Below, piece by piece: positions 63,001 through 64,000 of a stretch of 64,000 nt of DNA (the first letter of the stretch is position 1; each line of letters opens with the position of its first letter). The stretch is taken from positions 448,001 to 512,000 of the forward strand of contig CAWELD010000003.1 of the NCBI GenBank assembly GCA_963809895.1, written 5' to 3'. The stretch comes from an uncultured Gemmatimonadales bacterium. GTDB lineage: Bacteria; Gemmatimonadota; Gemmatimonadetes; Longimicrobiales; Gaopeijiaceae. The translations under genes were made by a program, and so were the position numbers. Below the pieces are notes generated by a model, which did not search any database, had not been told where the DNA came from, and saw only the letters and a program-made list of their open reading frames with translations.

Positions 63001-63189
63001 GAATTCGCCTGTGGTCGTGGTACGTGGCCGCATCTGCCCGCGATTGCGAGGCCGGCCCTGCCGCCCGCGAAGCCGGACCGTCTCTGTGGCGCCTGGGTAT
63101 AGGCTTCGTCCCGAACGAGAAGGGGCCGAGCCGCTCATGATCCGGGCGGACCTCGCCCCGGCCGACACGATCACGCCAGGAGGAGCCTC

Positions 63190-63633
63190 ATGAGCGCCGA
63201 GCAGGAAGCCAGCGCCGAGCAGGAAGCCAGCGCGGAGCGGGACGCGAGCGCCGGGCAGGGCGCCACGGGAGGCGGACAGGACGACGACAAGGGTACGGAC
63301 GGGGGTGGAAAGCGGGGCGCCCGCGAGCGCGTGTCCGACGGGTTCCAGCGGAGCCTGGGCGTGCTGTCGGCCTTCAAGGACGCGTTGGAAGAGACCATCA
63401 GCGAGGCCCGCGAACGCGGGGATCTGAGCGCGGAGCGGGCCAAGGAGCTGGCCCGGAAGGCCATGGGCCGTGCCCGGGAAGCGACCTCCGACGCCCGTGA
63501 GCGGTTCGACTTCGTGACCCAGCAGGAATTCGACGATCTGGCCCGGCGCGTGTCGGACCTGGAGGCGCGGGTGAGGGACCGGCTGGGAGGTGGTCCGCCC
63601 TCGGGGGGCTCGGCGTCCGAAGGAGACGAATAG
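63190..63633 (+). CDS. Hypothetical phasin-like helical protein
   Basis: AGGAGGAG RBS; ERGDLSAERAKEL and FVTQQEFDDLARRVSDLE resemble granule-associated proteins. Confidence 0.7.
   Translation: MSAEQEASAEQEASAERDASAGQGATGGGQDDDKGTDGGGKRGARERVSDGFQRSLGVLSAFKDALEETISEARERGDLSAERAKELARKAMGRAREATSDARERFDFVTQQEFDDLARRVSDLEARVRDRLGGGPPSGGSASEGDE
63193..63264 (+). repeat. 18-bp in-frame tandem repeat, 2 exact plus 2 degenerate copies (SAEQEA)
   Basis: AGCGCCGAGCAGGAAGCC twice, then AGCGCGGAGCGGGACGCG and AGCGCCGGGCAGGGCGCC. Confidence 0.85.
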
Positions 63634-63700
63634 GCGGAGGCCATTCCGGGGGCGGGCCGCGGCAAGCGCGACCCGATACGGCTCGTCGCCTGAAGGATCC

Positions 63701-63729
63701 TTGAAGCGGGCCATCGCTTCCTCTATATT
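63701..63729 (+). promoter_or_regulatory. Putative sigma-70 promoter of the rimP operon
   Basis: TTGAAG, 17 bp, TATATT. Confidence 0.7.
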
Positions 63730-63767
63730 GGTGTGCTCGGACGCGCCGCCGAAATGGCGGCTCTTCG

Positions 63768-63801
63768 AAGTGGGGGAGCGGTTCGCCCCCGCTTTTTTAT
63801 T
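63768..63801 (+). terminator. rimP leader hairpin / attenuator
   Basis: AAGTGGGGG...CCCCCGCTTTTTTATT between the promoter and the rimP ATG. Confidence 0.75.
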
Positions 63802-63849
63802 CGGTATGGTCCACGTTCCGGGGGATCCGGATGGGACCGGGAGGCGTCC

Positions 63850-64000
63850 ATGGCGAGACCGATTCCAGAGGTCGCCCGGGAGCTCGAAGACCGGGTGACG
63901 GAGCTCGGATTCGACCTCGTGGACGTGGAGTGGGCGGGCGACAGCCGTCGGCCCATCATCCGCGTCAGGATCGACGTGCCCGAGAGTCGGGCCGCCGACG
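63850..64000 (+). CDS. rimP: Ribosome maturation factor RimP, truncated by the window edge
   Basis: GGGAGG RBS; MARPIPEVARELEDRVTELGFDLVDVEWAGDSRRPIIRVRID. Confidence 0.85.
   Translation, partial: MARPIPEVARELEDRVTELGFDLVDVEWAGDSRRPIIRVRIDVPESRAAD

Noticed and set aside
63193..63264. CRISPR-like array
   Set aside because: Contiguous in-frame 18-mers with no spacers and no cas genes.

Overview
Very GC-rich, densely coding bacterial chromosome segment. Gene content and protein style suggest Gemmatimonadota, which is an inference and not a database result. Most of it is core genome: cinA-hydrolase-grpE-dnaJ; iscS-mnmA; a TolC/adaptor/two-permease export operon ending in bshB1; a giant NtrY-like kinase, an RsbRD-like protein and an aromatic amino acid decarboxylase; three-gene pntAB; an amidase; comM; a cobalamin riboswitch with btuB; lepB; a sigma-70 factor; rplM-rpsI-rpsB-tsf-pyrH-frr-uppS-cdsA-dxr-rseP; serS; pcrA; murA; and the start of rimP. 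I saw no rRNA, tRNA, CRISPR array or intact transposase. Highlights: (1) a tightly coupled minus-strand operon of PTS EIIA, a PII-like protein, a cation/H+ antiporter, an intact nitrilase/glutaminase and an NAD-synthetase-like protein that has lost its catalytic motifs; (2) a 274-bp highly structured intergenic element at 28652-28925 with 22-bp terminal inverted repeats and two equal-length arms in opposite orientation (MITE or ncRNA); (3) two clear +1 frameshifts (ABC permease, rseP) and a probable lost stop codon (sigma factor), which may be assembly errors; (4) an Asp-type MurA predicted to resist fosfomycin; (5) a decayed AbiEi/DUF559-like remnant.
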